Source of the DNA: an uncultured virus (IMG/VR IMGVR_UViG_3300009162_000006)
Lineage: Duplodnaviria > Heunggongvirae > Uroviricota > Caudoviricetes
Strand: one strand, 5' to 3'
Length of the DNA: 64,000 nucleotides
Virus record (IMG/VR): IMGVR_UViG_3300009162_000006
In this document: positions 52,330-61,651 of the stretch, in pieces
How the letters are laid out: each line of letters starts with the position of its first letter
Numbering within the stretch: the first letter of the stretch is position 1
The notes under the pieces: model-generated
Seen by the model: only the letters and a program-made list of their open reading frames with translations
Told to the model about the DNA's origin: nothing
Databases searched by the model: none
Made by a program: the position numbers and the translations under genes

Positions 52330-53118
52330 TCACCCCACGTAGCACGCCTGGCCGGGGTTCTTCGGATCCATCGCGTTCCAGCGCGCGGCGAGAAAGCGCG
52401 TCAGAGTCGCCGGCAGGATCACCTTCGCCTGGTAGATGTGGTCGGCCGTGCCACGCGGCACGTCGCGATTGTCGCAGCCCAGGATCACGAGTCCGCCCGC
52501 GCGCTTGAACGGCTGCCACGCGGGTGTCGGGTACTCGACGGTGCGGTCGGGTCCCGTCGCCGGACCGCCGGACACGTGCACGCTCGCCGCCGGGAGTGAC
52601 ATGTCTGGCAGCGCCGGGTTCACGAACGCCGGGGAGTTGCCCGTGATCGTGTCCCAGAGGTAGTTGGCAGTCTCGGTCGTACTCGCGTAGTTCGGCGGCA
52701 CCACGCTCGAGTGCGAGTCCACGAACAGGCGCTCGTTCACGACGGCGTACTTCGCGAACTCGAACCACGGCTTCATGCCCGCAGCGTTCGGCTTGTGGTT
52801 CTGGTCGTAGCCGACGTGGATGCCGTCGATCGCGAGCACGCTGTCGACGCGCCCACCGTCCGCGCTCGCGAGGACCTGCGACACGCCCTGGCAGCTCGCG
52901 CTGAAGCCCAGCAAGGCGACGCGCATGGGCTGCGTGCCAGGCGCGAACTTCGCGACCATCGCGCGCACCGGTGACGGGTAGCCGTAGTCAGCGAGCGACT
53001 GGGCCCACGAGGTCGGGTTCGGCAGGTTGATGAACTTCGTCGGGCGCTGGAACGCGGAGTGCACCGACTCGGGGATGCCGCCGTGCGACCAAGCGATGAC
53101 GACGTCCGCTTCGGCCAT
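52330..53118 (-). CDS. Alpha/beta-hydrolase-fold protein
   Basis: VALLGFSAS, VLAIDGIH, ADH; paralogous to 1917-2714. Confidence 0.6.
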   Translation of the reverse strand: MAEADVVIAWSHGGIPESVHSAFQRPTKFINLPNPTSWAQSLADYGYPSPVRAMVAKFAPGTQPMRVALLGFSASCQGVSQVLASADGGRVDSVLAIDGIHVGYDQNHKPNAAGMKPWFEFAKYAVVNERLFVDSHSSVVPPNYASTTETANYLWDTITGNSPAFVNPALPDMSLPAASVHVSGGPATGPDRTVEYPTPAWQPFKRAGGLVILGCDNRDVPRGTADHIYQAKVILPATLTRFLAARWNAMDPKNPGQACYVG

Positions 53119-53121
53119 GGG

Positions 53122-53463
53122 TCACCGAATTCGATACTTGCGCTCGTTGCGCTCGACCCAATCGCCCCACGTCGTGACGAGGAAGCGCTCGTTCTCGGTC
53201 TCGTAGAGCACCGTGCCGTTGTAAGCGTCGCCAGTGTTCACGTAGAGCGCGACGATGTTGTAGTAGTAGTTGTCGACCTGGTAGTCGCCCTCGATCGACT
53301 CGATGCCGTGCGCGTGCATGGCGACGTTTGCGTTGTCGAGCGCGCGGTCGACGGCGTCGGTGTCTCCGGCCGCAGTTTTCATCTCGCGAGCGAGAGCTCG
53401 TGCCACGTCTGGGTCGAGTCGCAGCCACTCCTGCAGATTTTTTGCAGTAGCGGCGGGCATCAC
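53122..53463 (-). CDS. Phage hypothetical protein
   Basis: HGIESI...YVNTGDAYNGTVLY...TTWGDWVE. Confidence 0.65.
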   Translation of the reverse strand: MMPAATAKNLQEWLRLDPDVARALAREMKTAAGDTDAVDRALDNANVAMHAHGIESIEGDYQVDNYYYNIVALYVNTGDAYNGTVLYETENERFLVTTWGDWVERNERKYRIR

Positions 53464-54044
53464 ACCCCGCCAGGGATCTCTTCGACCGTCATCATGAACC
53501 CGTTCTGCGGGACGTCAGCACTCCCGCTACCCTGGACGATGCGGAGCTTGACGATGCACAGTGGCGAGTTCGGGTCGGCCGGCGTCTTGTAGATCATCTC
53601 GAGGCCGGCTGCCGTGCTATGCGCCGCCGTCGACGTGTTTGGGCGAAAGCGACCTTGCGGCGAGTCGGCTTGACCGACTTGCAGCGGGTTGTTCGCGTCG
53701 TCCGTAAATTTCACGTCCATGAAACCGCCGGTCGCGTCGCTGAAGTTTTGGAAGTAGCCGAACGCGCGGAGCAGGTACGTCGTGCTCGGTTGGAGAGTCC
53801 AGCGCGAGTTCGCGTACGAGATCCCGCGCGTGACTCCGACAACGTTGAGGTCGATGCTCGTCGGTGCTGTGACACCAGCCTGGTCGCTGCTCGCGCGCTT
53901 TGCCCAACCGTAGTCGGGCAGGATGAGCCCGCCCTGCGCGAGCGCGTCGACCTGTTTGGAGATGTAGACTCGCCACTTGCCGATGAGGCTCGCGACGGAG
54001 TTCTCGCCCTTTGCTCCGAGCAGTAATTCTAGTGCTGTCGACAT
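53460..54044 (-). CDS. Spike/fibre-like protein with shared N-terminal module
   Basis: MSTALELLLGAKGENSVASLIGKWRVYISKQVD; body resembles 4959-5525 (GISY/GIAY, LEMIYKTP/LELIYTP, VKLR/VKVR). Confidence 0.65.
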   Translation of the reverse strand: MSTALELLLGAKGENSVASLIGKWRVYISKQVDALAQGGLILPDYGWAKRASSDQAGVTAPTSIDLNVVGVTRGISYANSRWTLQPSTTYLLRAFGYFQNFSDATGGFMDVKFTDDANNPLQVGQADSPQGRFRPNTSTAAHSTAAGLEMIYKTPADPNSPLCIVKLRIVQGSGSADVPQNGFMMTVEEIPGGV

Positions 54045-54047
54045 CGT

Positions 54048-54665
54048 TCAGGCCGTGTGGTGGGTTCGGTAATACTCGACGCCCGCGCCGACTCCGGCGC
54101 CGACGAGCGCGCCGCCGGGTCCGCCGACGAGGAAGCCGATGCCGGCGCCGATGAGCGGCGTCACGAGTGAGAATTGCTGGGCCTTCTCGCCACCTGCGCC
54201 AGCGGCCGGCGAGATCGAGGAAGCCGGTACGATCGCGAGCATCTGCCCGCCTCCCGCGGCGGCTTTGATGAGTGTCTGCGCTGTCGCGTCGTCCTTCGCG
54301 ATCGCGTAGGGCAGGTCGTCTGTGCTACCGTTCACGATGGCTGCGAGCTTGTCCGCGTCGACGAGGATGACCCAGCCGCTCTGTCGCGTCTTCAGTTGGT
54401 CGAGCGCGGTCATGCCGCCGCCCTGCATCGAGGCGACGTACGTGTAGAAGTCCGCGGCGGGGTCGAGCGACGGCTGCAGCGCGGGTTGGCCGTTGATGAT
54501 CCGCCCAGACGCGGTCGGGCTCGACGCGAACCTGCTGGAGAGCAGGAGCACGGTCGTCTTCGCCGCGTCGGGCGTGAGGACGTTACTCGCGTCGTGCAGT
54601 GACATCGCTGTCACTTGACCGAGTTGTCCTGCCGCTTGGTACTGGATCGCTTCGTAGACGAACAT
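54048..54665 (-). CDS. GQLGQ-containing protein with C-terminal glycine zipper
   Basis: AAGQLGQ; LIGAGIGFLVGGPGGALVGAGVGAGV. Confidence 0.65.
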   Translation of the reverse strand: MFVYEAIQYQAAGQLGQVTAMSLHDASNVLTPDAAKTTVLLLSSRFASSPTASGRIINGQPALQPSLDPAADFYTYVASMQGGGMTALDQLKTRQSGWVILVDADKLAAIVNGSTDDLPYAIAKDDATAQTLIKAAAGGGQMLAIVPASSISPAAGAGGEKAQQFSLVTPLIGAGIGFLVGGPGGALVGAGVGAGVEYYRTHHTA

Positions 54666-55169
54666 TCAAGCCTCCGCTTTTTCCTTGACTGTTGGCGAAC
54701 CGAACGTCGCCGGGTCGATCACTCTGATGCCGCGACTCGCGAGCTCGTCGATCTCAGCGATCGCGACCCTCGCCAGCTCGACGGCCTCGTCGACCTCCTC
54801 GAGCGCGCGACTCTTCTCTTCGATGACCTCGCGCGTCTTCTTGAGCTTGAGCCAGAGCATCACTCCGACCGCGAGCGCGAGAATCACGGATGCCCCGAGC
54901 GCGTACCATACGCGGAACGCGACCTCCGCCACGGTGAACACCAGCGCGACGGCCTTGTTGAAGGCGAGCGCTGTGACGATGCGCTTCGCGCGCACTCTGA
55001 GGAGGGCGATCAACACCACGAGCTTCGATCGCTCCTGCGTCGCGACGGTCAGGGCGGACGAGAGCGACATCCTCTTCTGGAAGCGCTCGAACTTCGGGTC
55101 GCTCCCCATGTCCTTGAGGAACTTCTCGGCCTGGTGCGGGGGCACCTCGCGGACCTGCTGCTGCGCCAC
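54666..55169 (-). CDS. Membrane protein with coiled-coil tail
   Basis: Two hydrophobic segments; TAGACT 6 nt upstream. Confidence 0.55.
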   Translation of the reverse strand: MAQQQVREVPPHQAEKFLKDMGSDPKFERFQKRMSLSSALTVATQERSKLVVLIALLRVRAKRIVTALAFNKAVALVFTVAEVAFRVWYALGASVILALAVGVMLWLKLKKTREVIEEKSRALEEVDEAVELARVAIAEIDELASRGIRVIDPATFGSPTVKEKAEA

Positions 55170-55183
55170 GAAACGAGTCTAAC

Positions 55184-55450
55184 TCAGCATTGCAGCACGA
55201 CGCCAGCCAGCGCGATGTTGAGCGGCGAATTTGGCCCTGGATAGTAGGCCCCGGTCCAGTCCGGTTGCGCCACGAGCCAGTCGAACTGCTGGTTAGTGAC
55301 CGAGTCCCAAGCCTGCATAAGGAACTGCTGGACGGCGACCAGCGTGCCCGCGTTGATGCTCACGGTACTCGCGTAGCGCGGCGGCTGGCTCATGGCGCTG
55401 CCGAAACCCGTGACGATCGTGTCGATGTAAATGCCGGGTACGTCAGCCAT
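55184..55450 (-). CDS. Hypothetical structural protein
   Basis: In operon with 55457-56494. Confidence 0.55.
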   Translation of the reverse strand: MADVPGIYIDTIVTGFGSAMSQPPRYASTVSINAGTLVAVQQFLMQAWDSVTNQQFDWLVAQPDWTGAYYPGPNSPLNIALAGVVLQC

Positions 55451-55456
55451 GCTTCC

Positions 55457-56494
55457 TCACGCGAGCTGCGGGACGCTCTGGTTCCAGGGCATGATGATGT
55501 CGCTGAATTGCACGAACTGGTCGAGCGTGCCCGCCGCCGGGTAAGTGGTGCCGTCCGCGAAGTTCGTGAGGCCCCACCAGGCGTCGATGAGGCTCCCGAT
55601 CGGACCGATGTGGCCGGCGGTGATCGAGTAGAGGCCGGCGGGAAACATCGGGTTCTCACCGGTCGCGTCGATCGGGGTGGTCTGAAAGATGCAGAGAGCT
55701 GAGTTGTCCTTACCCTCGCAAGTCCAGAGTACTTGGAGGCCGGCCGTGCTGTCACGGGCGCGCGGCAAGATCGCTGACGCAGAGCTCATCAGGTCGCCGA
55801 AGGTCGCCACTGTGCTCGCGTTCGAGCCGACGAGACAAGCGACCATCGGCACGGGCCAGTTCGCGCCGATGCGGTTGTTGACAGCTTCCATTTGCCAAAA
55901 CCCGCGTGTCTGCCCGGCAGTGGTCAAGAGCACGCGATAAGCCAGACCGTCGGACGACTTCAGCACGTGCCAGCGAAACGTGGCGTCGGTCGTCTGCATG
56001 CCCCACGAAGTTGGAGATGGCCCGACGATGACCTCGTCGGTAGCCGTCGGACGAGCGGTCGCCGTGCCGTCAGTCCCGCCGTTCGCCGCGAAGAAGCCTC
56101 CCGACACGGACAGGATCATCGTGAAACTGGTCGTCGTCGCTGTACTTAGGTCTATGCAGATCTGGGCGGCACTGCCGCCGAGCTTCAGCACGATCCAAGA
56201 GTGGTTCACGCCTGCGGCAGCCCAGACGAGGCTCCCGTCCGCCGTCCAGCGGTCGACGTTGTCGTTGTTGCCGAATGAGCCCGCCCCGCCCGCGCCGTTG
56301 CACGAGCCCTTGACGGTCATCGGGTTGGTCACCGCGATCGCGGCGTTCGTGCTGTCCGTCCAAGCACCGGTACCTATCAGCGAGTTCTTGACCGAGCGCA
56401 GTAGCAAGCGCCCGGTCGCGAGCGAGCTACCCTGCGCGGCGACTTGGTTATTGACTTGAAATTGCCAGGTTTTTACGAGTGCGGGGAGGGCCAT
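55457..56494 (-). CDS. Putative virion structural protein (beta-rich, Gly/Thr/Ala)
   Basis: MALPALVKTWQF...; composition typical of fibre/spike proteins. Confidence 0.55.
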   Translation of the reverse strand: MALPALVKTWQFQVNNQVAAQGSSLATGRLLLRSVKNSLIGTGAWTDSTNAAIAVTNPMTVKGSCNGAGGAGSFGNNDNVDRWTADGSLVWAAAGVNHSWIVLKLGGSAAQICIDLSTATTTSFTMILSVSGGFFAANGGTDGTATARPTATDEVIVGPSPTSWGMQTTDATFRWHVLKSSDGLAYRVLLTTAGQTRGFWQMEAVNNRIGANWPVPMVACLVGSNASTVATFGDLMSSASAILPRARDSTAGLQVLWTCEGKDNSALCIFQTTPIDATGENPMFPAGLYSITAGHIGPIGSLIDAWWGLTNFADGTTYPAAGTLDQFVQFSDIIMPWNQSVPQLA

Positions 56495-56501
56495 GGTGCT
56501 C

Positions 56502-56942
56502 CTACGAGATGATGAGTTTCGCTTCGCGGATCTCGACGAAGTCGGTGTCGGCGCTCCCGCCGGTCGCCTCAGCTTGGAATTGATAGATGCGGTTCACCGG
56601 CATGGCCGCGATCAAGTTGCCGCTCACCTGGCGGACCTCGGTCGTCGAGCTCGTGCCGGCGAGCGTGCTGCCGGGCACCGGGATGCCGGCCGTCATGTCG
56701 AAGAGCCTCACGGTCCCCGTGAGCACCGGGTTCGACACGAGCATGATCGCCTCGAGCACCGCGGACGTGAACGTGCCCGTGAAGTAGAACGCGCCGATCA
56801 CGGTCCAGCCGCCAGGCGGGTCGGTCGCGACGGCCTGCACGAGCTCGTTGCCGCTCGGCCCGAACGCCGACGAGGCGTTGCTCCCGCCACCGGCTGGTCC
56901 TTGTGGCCCAGGAGGGCCGGCGGGTCCTTTACGTCGCCACAT
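56502..56942 (-). CDS. Short collagen-like segment plus beta domain
   Basis: GPAGPPGPQGPAG. Confidence 0.6.
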   Translation of the reverse strand: MWRRKGPAGPPGPQGPAGGGSNASSAFGPSGNELVQAVATDPPGGWTVIGAFYFTGTFTSAVLEAIMLVSNPVLTGTVRLFDMTAGIPVPGSTLAGTSSTTEVRQVSGNLIAAMPVNRIYQFQAEATGGSADTDFVEIREAKLIIS

Positions 56943-56945
56943 GCG

Positions 56946-58337
56946 TTACGCTTTCGGTGCGGCGATAGCGCCGTTGTTTGCGTTGTTCACGCCTGCAGCG
57001 ACACCTGCCCACGTGAACACCACTCCGCCAACTATGATGTCGTTTACGCCAGGAGTTGTTCCAGCAAGCGTAGGTAACGTGATCCAGGTGAGAGCGCTGT
57101 CGCTTCGCACGCGCGCTGCAAAGCTTGCTTGATTCAGTGCGTTCGGAGCAACGCCACCCCAAAGAAGAGCTCCAGACAACGTGAGAGCGTATTTGCCGCC
57201 GTCGTCAACAGATACGAGAGCGTCGAGCACCCCGTTGCTACCAAAAAAACTTCGATCGATGATGTCTTCGAGGATCGCGCCGTTGGTCACGAACAAGTTG
57301 CAGAGACCGGTTCCACCACCGTCGTGCATGCAGCCCTGACCGCCAGCTTGTGAACCGTTGATGTACTGCGTGGCACCGTTGAAATGGCAGCTGTCGAACG
57401 TGCGTCCGATGAAGAGGCCGTATGTCAGACCTAGGACAGAATTTTGAAATCCACATGCTCCGTGTTCGTGAATCCCTTGAAAAACGAAAAAACCTGCTCC
57501 ACTGAATCTACAACCGAATAGTCGCCCATTCGTGGCAGCGCCGTTCACGCGCATCCAATTACGAGATTGCGCGGCAGTCGGTGAGACAAAGTCGACGTCG
57601 CGGATCGTGACCGTACCCAGGCCCGGCACTGTTACGTCGTAGCCTGCGAGCTGCGTCACAAAGTCTTCGACAACGTACGTCGTGCCGGCGACTGGATTTT
57701 GTGTCGAGAACGAGGGAGATATCGCGCTCACGGTCAGACCAGTGAATTGGCCGATGAGTCCGTTCGTCGGGCCGGTTCCGACGCTAGGCATGATCCAAGT
57801 AATCGCTCCGTTGACTGCACCGCTCGTGCTGCGAATGCGTCGGCGGATTAGATTTGGAAAGTTTGCCGTCGCGTCAGTGATCGCGGGGCGAGTATTGGTG
57901 GTCGGATTCTTTGTCGTGTAGGTATCTATGTTGCCCGAGAACACTTGCGACATCTGCCCACTGACAGTGATGAGCGTGGCTCCCGGACTCGTGAAATTCA
58001 GGATCAACTTTTGACCCGGGAATGATCCCGTGAGCGTGACGTCCACAGTGCTCAGTGTGGGCAGCAAAGTCCGACCCTCGAACCTGCGACCGAGCTCTTG
58101 GACTGATTGAAGCGCTGTACTCGGAGTGAGACCGTCGCCTCCGTCATTTCCGGTTGTTGAATTGACGAAGAGGGGCGGATTCGCGAAGTATTCGAAACCG
58201 CCAGTGACACTGACCCCTCCTCCGCTGAGATTCGCTGTGTTCGCATCGACGTCACGGGAAATCGCCTGACGCCAGAGGCCGAGTCTCGAGCGGACGCTCT
58301 CTTCTGCGCCAACGAGCATGTCGAGCAGCTTGCCCAC
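56946..58337 (-). CDS. Spike/receptor-binding-like protein with shared N-terminal module
   Basis: MGKLLDMLVGAEESVRSRLGLWRQAISRDVD; FVNSTTGNDGGDGLTPSTALQSV (motif often preceding beta-helix domains). Confidence 0.65.
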   Translation of the reverse strand: MGKLLDMLVGAEESVRSRLGLWRQAISRDVDANTANLSGGGVSVTGGFEYFANPPLFVNSTTGNDGGDGLTPSTALQSVQELGRRFEGRTLLPTLSTVDVTLTGSFPGQKLILNFTSPGATLITVSGQMSQVFSGNIDTYTTKNPTTNTRPAITDATANFPNLIRRRIRSTSGAVNGAITWIMPSVGTGPTNGLIGQFTGLTVSAISPSFSTQNPVAGTTYVVEDFVTQLAGYDVTVPGLGTVTIRDVDFVSPTAAQSRNWMRVNGAATNGRLFGCRFSGAGFFVFQGIHEHGACGFQNSVLGLTYGLFIGRTFDSCHFNGATQYINGSQAGGQGCMHDGGGTGLCNLFVTNGAILEDIIDRSFFGSNGVLDALVSVDDGGKYALTLSGALLWGGVAPNALNQASFAARVRSDSALTWITLPTLAGTTPGVNDIIVGGVVFTWAGVAAGVNNANNGAIAAPKA

Positions 58338-58366
58338 GTGCCCAGCTTACCTTTATCCTGAGCGAC

Positions 58367-59329
58367 ATGGCACAGTTACGAGCACTCGTCACAGGGATCG
58401 GCGGTCAGGACGGCTCCTACCTCGCGGAATTCCTGCTCGAAAAGGGCTACGAGGTCCACGGTTTCGGTCGCCGGGGCACGAAGCCCATCGACGACCGCGT
58501 CACGATGCACTTTGGCGACCTCGTCGACCCGGCGGCGCTCTGCGGCGCGATCGCCGAGTCCCAGCCCTCGGAGATCTACAATCTCGGCGCCGAGAGCCAC
58601 GTCGGCGACAGTTTCAAGCAACCGGCGTACACGTGGCGCGCGACAGCGGAGCCGGTCCTGACGATCCTCGAGTACGTGCGCTGGAACATGCCGAAGTGCC
58701 GCGTCTACCAGGCGAGCTCGAGCGAGATGTTCGGTGTGATGCCGGCGCCGCAGGACGAGCACACGGCGTTCCTGCCCCAGAGCCCGTACGCGGTCGCGAA
58801 GTGCGCCGCGCACCAGACCGTGCAGATCTACCGGAAAGCGTACGGCGTCTTCGCCGTCGGCGGGATCCTCTTCAACCACGAGAGCGAGCGGAGGCCGAAC
58901 CGCTTCGTGACGCGGAAGATCTCGCAGTCTGTCGCGCGCATCGCGCTCGGTCTCCAAGAAGCGCTCGTGCTCGGCAATCTCGAGGCGCGTCGCGACTGGG
59001 GTTACTCGCCCGATTTTGTGCGCGCCATGTGGCTCATGCTCCAGCAGGACGACCCGCTCGACTACGTCGTCGCGACAGGCGAGACGCACAGCGTGGGCGA
59101 GTTCGTCGCGCTCGCGTTTCACTACGTGGAGGAGTTCACGGGCAAGCGCTTCGACATCAACGAGCGCGTGCGCGTCGACGCCTCGTTCAAGCGGCCCGCA
59201 GAAGTTCCCGACCTATGCGGCGACGCGAGCCGCGCCGAGCAGAAACTCGGCTGGGTACCGACGGTGCGCTTCGCCGACCTAGTGCGGCGAATGGTGAAGC
59301 ACGATTTAGGGGGATCTGAGCAGCGCTGA
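58367..59329 (+). CDS. gmd: GDP-mannose 4,6-dehydratase
   Basis: ALVTGIGGQDGSYLAEFLLEKGYEVHG, YQASSSEMFG, SPYAVAK, LFNHES, FVTRKI, RDWG. Confidence 0.93.
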   Translation: MAQLRALVTGIGGQDGSYLAEFLLEKGYEVHGFGRRGTKPIDDRVTMHFGDLVDPAALCGAIAESQPSEIYNLGAESHVGDSFKQPAYTWRATAEPVLTILEYVRWNMPKCRVYQASSSEMFGVMPAPQDEHTAFLPQSPYAVAKCAAHQTVQIYRKAYGVFAVGGILFNHESERRPNRFVTRKISQSVARIALGLQEALVLGNLEARRDWGYSPDFVRAMWLMLQQDDPLDYVVATGETHSVGEFVALAFHYVEEFTGKRFDINERVRVDASFKRPAEVPDLCGDASRAEQKLGWVPTVRFADLVRRMVKHDLGGSEQR

Positions 59330-59632
59330 GATCTCGAAGTCGCCGTACGGGCTGGCGTTCTGCTGCTCCCCCGCTTGCGCGCGAAACATGTCGGCGATCA
59401 TCTTCTTGTCGGAGATGCCGGCGTCGACGGCCTGCGACAGGGCCATCATGAACTTGCCGCGCGCCGAGTGGAGCGAGATCACGCCCTGCGCAGCTTTCAG
59501 CATGTCTACGGTCCTCGTGCCGCTGATGCCGCCGTCGATGGCTTGGGAGATCGTGCGAGCCCAGCGCCCGAGCGGGCCGTACAAGCTTTGTTGACCGCCT
59601 GAAGCCTTGAGAAAATCGAGTGTGACGCTCAT
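59306..59632 (-). CDS. Protein made of two tandem copies of the 'GPLGRW' module
   Basis: LDFLKASGGQQSLYGPLGRWARTISQAIDGG / VDMLKAAQGVISLHSARGKFMMALSQAVDAG. Confidence 0.65.
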   Translation of the reverse strand: MSVTLDFLKASGGQQSLYGPLGRWARTISQAIDGGISGTRTVDMLKAAQGVISLHSARGKFMMALSQAVDAGISDKKMIADMFRAQAGEQQNASPYGDFEISALLRSP

Positions 59633-59746
59633 GCCGCCAGGTTACCACAGGATGCGCGCGGGAGAATTAGGCGTTAGAGTTCGTAAGTCATGAAAAAGGC
59701 GCCGCGGTGTATCACCACCCGGCGCCAGGACCACAGGAGCAACTCT

Positions 59747-60274
59747 ATGGCCTCGATCATCAAAGCACATTTTCTGGTTTTTTCGACTTTAATCGCTTGC
59801 AGTTCGAGTCACACGAACGACTTGTTCGGGCCGAGCGAAGCCGGGGCAGGGACGGGTGGTCAGGCGGGTTCGACACCGTTGAGCGGGGCCGCTGGCGTGG
59901 TGGCCATCGATTCAGGCGGGGCTGCCGGCACCGTGGGCGTCGATTCTGGGGGAGTTGCCGGAGCTGGTGGGAGCGCAGGTGAAAAACCTTGTGCGACCGG
60001 CGAGCAGCGCGACTGCTCGTGCGATAGCGCGACCGGCACGCAAGTCTGCACAGAAGGGGTATTCGGCGTCTGCGAGAATTCCGGCATGTGCTGCGGCGCT
60101 CCCGGAGGGTGGATCGGATGCGAGACGAACGGTTGCGCGGTGTGCGCGGAGCTCGTCTCCGGCTACCCGCATTACTTCGACAATCACCCCGACTGCTACG
60201 TGCTCACAGGCTGCAACGCCAATTACGGCAAGTGCAGCTCGTCGTGCCCGGCACCGAGCAGCGAAGATCTTTAG
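59747..60274 (+). CDS. Gly-rich/Cys-rich lipoprotein (myxobacterial style)
   Basis: LIAC lipobox, GAGTGGQAG linker, Cys-rich C-terminus; AGGAG SD. Confidence 0.6.
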   Translation: MASIIKAHFLVFSTLIACSSSHTNDLFGPSEAGAGTGGQAGSTPLSGAAGVVAIDSGGAAGTVGVDSGGVAGAGGSAGEKPCATGEQRDCSCDSATGTQVCTEGVFGVCENSGMCCGAPGGWIGCETNGCAVCAELVSGYPHYFDNHPDCYVLTGCNANYGKCSSSCPAPSSEDL

Positions 60275-60308
60275 TGTCAGATCGCCGAACGGTCGGCGTC
60301 TATGGGGC

Positions 60309-60650
60309 ATGTTCGACACTCAAGAAGACCGACGCATCGTAGCCTACGCCATCGAGATCCTCGAGTCGGCTCGAGAGCAAGTTGTTCAACGCGAGTGGGG
60401 TGCGGAAGAAATCGTACTGCCAGCTTTCGATCACCTTCTGGAACGGCTTCGCGATGCAGACGTGGACGACCACTACGAGCTCCAAACGATCATGTTCGAT
60501 CTACGCATAGATGGTGGCTTGTTCTGGACACCAATAACCAAGTCCCTGCCGTGGCCGTCGAGCCCGTCACGCTGGCGTCTGGGATTCGCGTGCAAGAGCG
60601 CGGCGAGGGTGCTCGAAGAGCTGATCGGCGAGTACTGGCTCGATCCCTAG
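60309..60650 (+). CDS. Hypothetical protein
   Basis: MFDTQEDRR...; converges on the epimerase stop. Confidence 0.45.
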   Translation: MFDTQEDRRIVAYAIEILESAREQVVQREWGAEEIVLPAFDHLLERLRDADVDDHYELQTIMFDLRIDGGLFWTPITKSLPWPSSPSRWRLGFACKSAARVLEELIGEYWLDP

Positions 60651-61651
60651 ATGATCTTCTCGAGCCAGGTCTTCGGCGTCCTCTCGTTCACGATCTCGAG
60701 CGGGAGGTAGTAGTCGAACGGGAGCGGTCCGCGCCTGTGAATCCAAGCGACCATCTCGAGCACGATGTCAGCGAGCTGCTTCCTCGTCTCGTAGCCGAGC
60801 ATGCGCCGCGCCTTGTCCGCCGAGCAGAACGCGAACTTGACCTCTTGCGGGCGAGCGTCGACGAACTGCGGCTGGCCTTCGAAGTTCGTAGCCGCCATCA
60901 CCAAGTCAGCGAGCTGGCGGATCGTGACGAACTCCTCGTCGGGGCCGATGTTGATGACCTCGCCGACGACGTGCGGGTCGGTCGCCATCCGCACGAGCGG
61001 GCCGAGCGCGTCGGAGATGTGCGAGAAGCAGCGCTTCTGGAAGCCGTCGCCGTAGATGATCGGTGGCTTGCCCTGCAGGCAGCGGTTGATCATGATCGCG
61101 ACGACGTTGCGGTACGGGTCGTCGTAGCGCTGGCCCTGCCCCACGACGTTGTGCGGCACCGCGATCACGTACTCGAGCCCGTGCACGCTCGAGAGGAGCT
61201 CGACCTCCTTCTCTGCGGCCCACTTCGCGATGCCGTACGGGTCCTCGGGAGCGGGCACGTCGTCCTCGAAGTACGGGACGCGGATCGAGCCGTACCTCGC
61301 CATCGAGCTGCAAGTGACCAGGCGCTTGACCTTGTTGATGATGCACGCCGTTGCGACCGTGACCGTCGCGCTAAAGACCGAGTTTGTGATTTCGCATGGC
61401 GAGAAGACCGAGAGCCCTTCGTGCGGCGAGGCCGCGCAGTGGTAGACGACGTCGGTGCCGCGCAGGGCGACCACCATGTCATCGAGGTTGGTGCAGTCAC
61501 CGTCGAGCAGCGGGACGACGCCCTCGGGGATGTTGTCGCGGTAGCCGCTCGTGAAGTTGTCGCTCGCGCTGACTTCGGCACCCTGCTCTACCCAGTAGCG
61601 AGCGAGGTGGCTGCCGATGAGTCCGGCGACGCCGGTGACGTGCACGCGCAT
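60647..61651 (-). CDS. NAD-dependent epimerase/dehydratase
   Basis: VTGVAGLIGSHL, SSMARYG, PYGIAK, YGDGFQKRCFS. Confidence 0.9.
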   Translation of the reverse strand: MRVHVTGVAGLIGSHLARYWVEQGAEVSASDNFTSGYRDNIPEGVVPLLDGDCTNLDDMVVALRGTDVVYHCAASPHEGLSVFSPCEITNSVFSATVTVATACIINKVKRLVTCSSMARYGSIRVPYFEDDVPAPEDPYGIAKWAAEKEVELLSSVHGLEYVIAVPHNVVGQGQRYDDPYRNVVAIMINRCLQGKPPIIYGDGFQKRCFSHISDALGPLVRMATDPHVVGEVINIGPDEEFVTIRQLADLVMAATNFEGQPQFVDARPQEVKFAFCSADKARRMLGYETRKQLADIVLEMVAWIHRRGPLPFDYYLPLEIVNERTPKTWLEKII

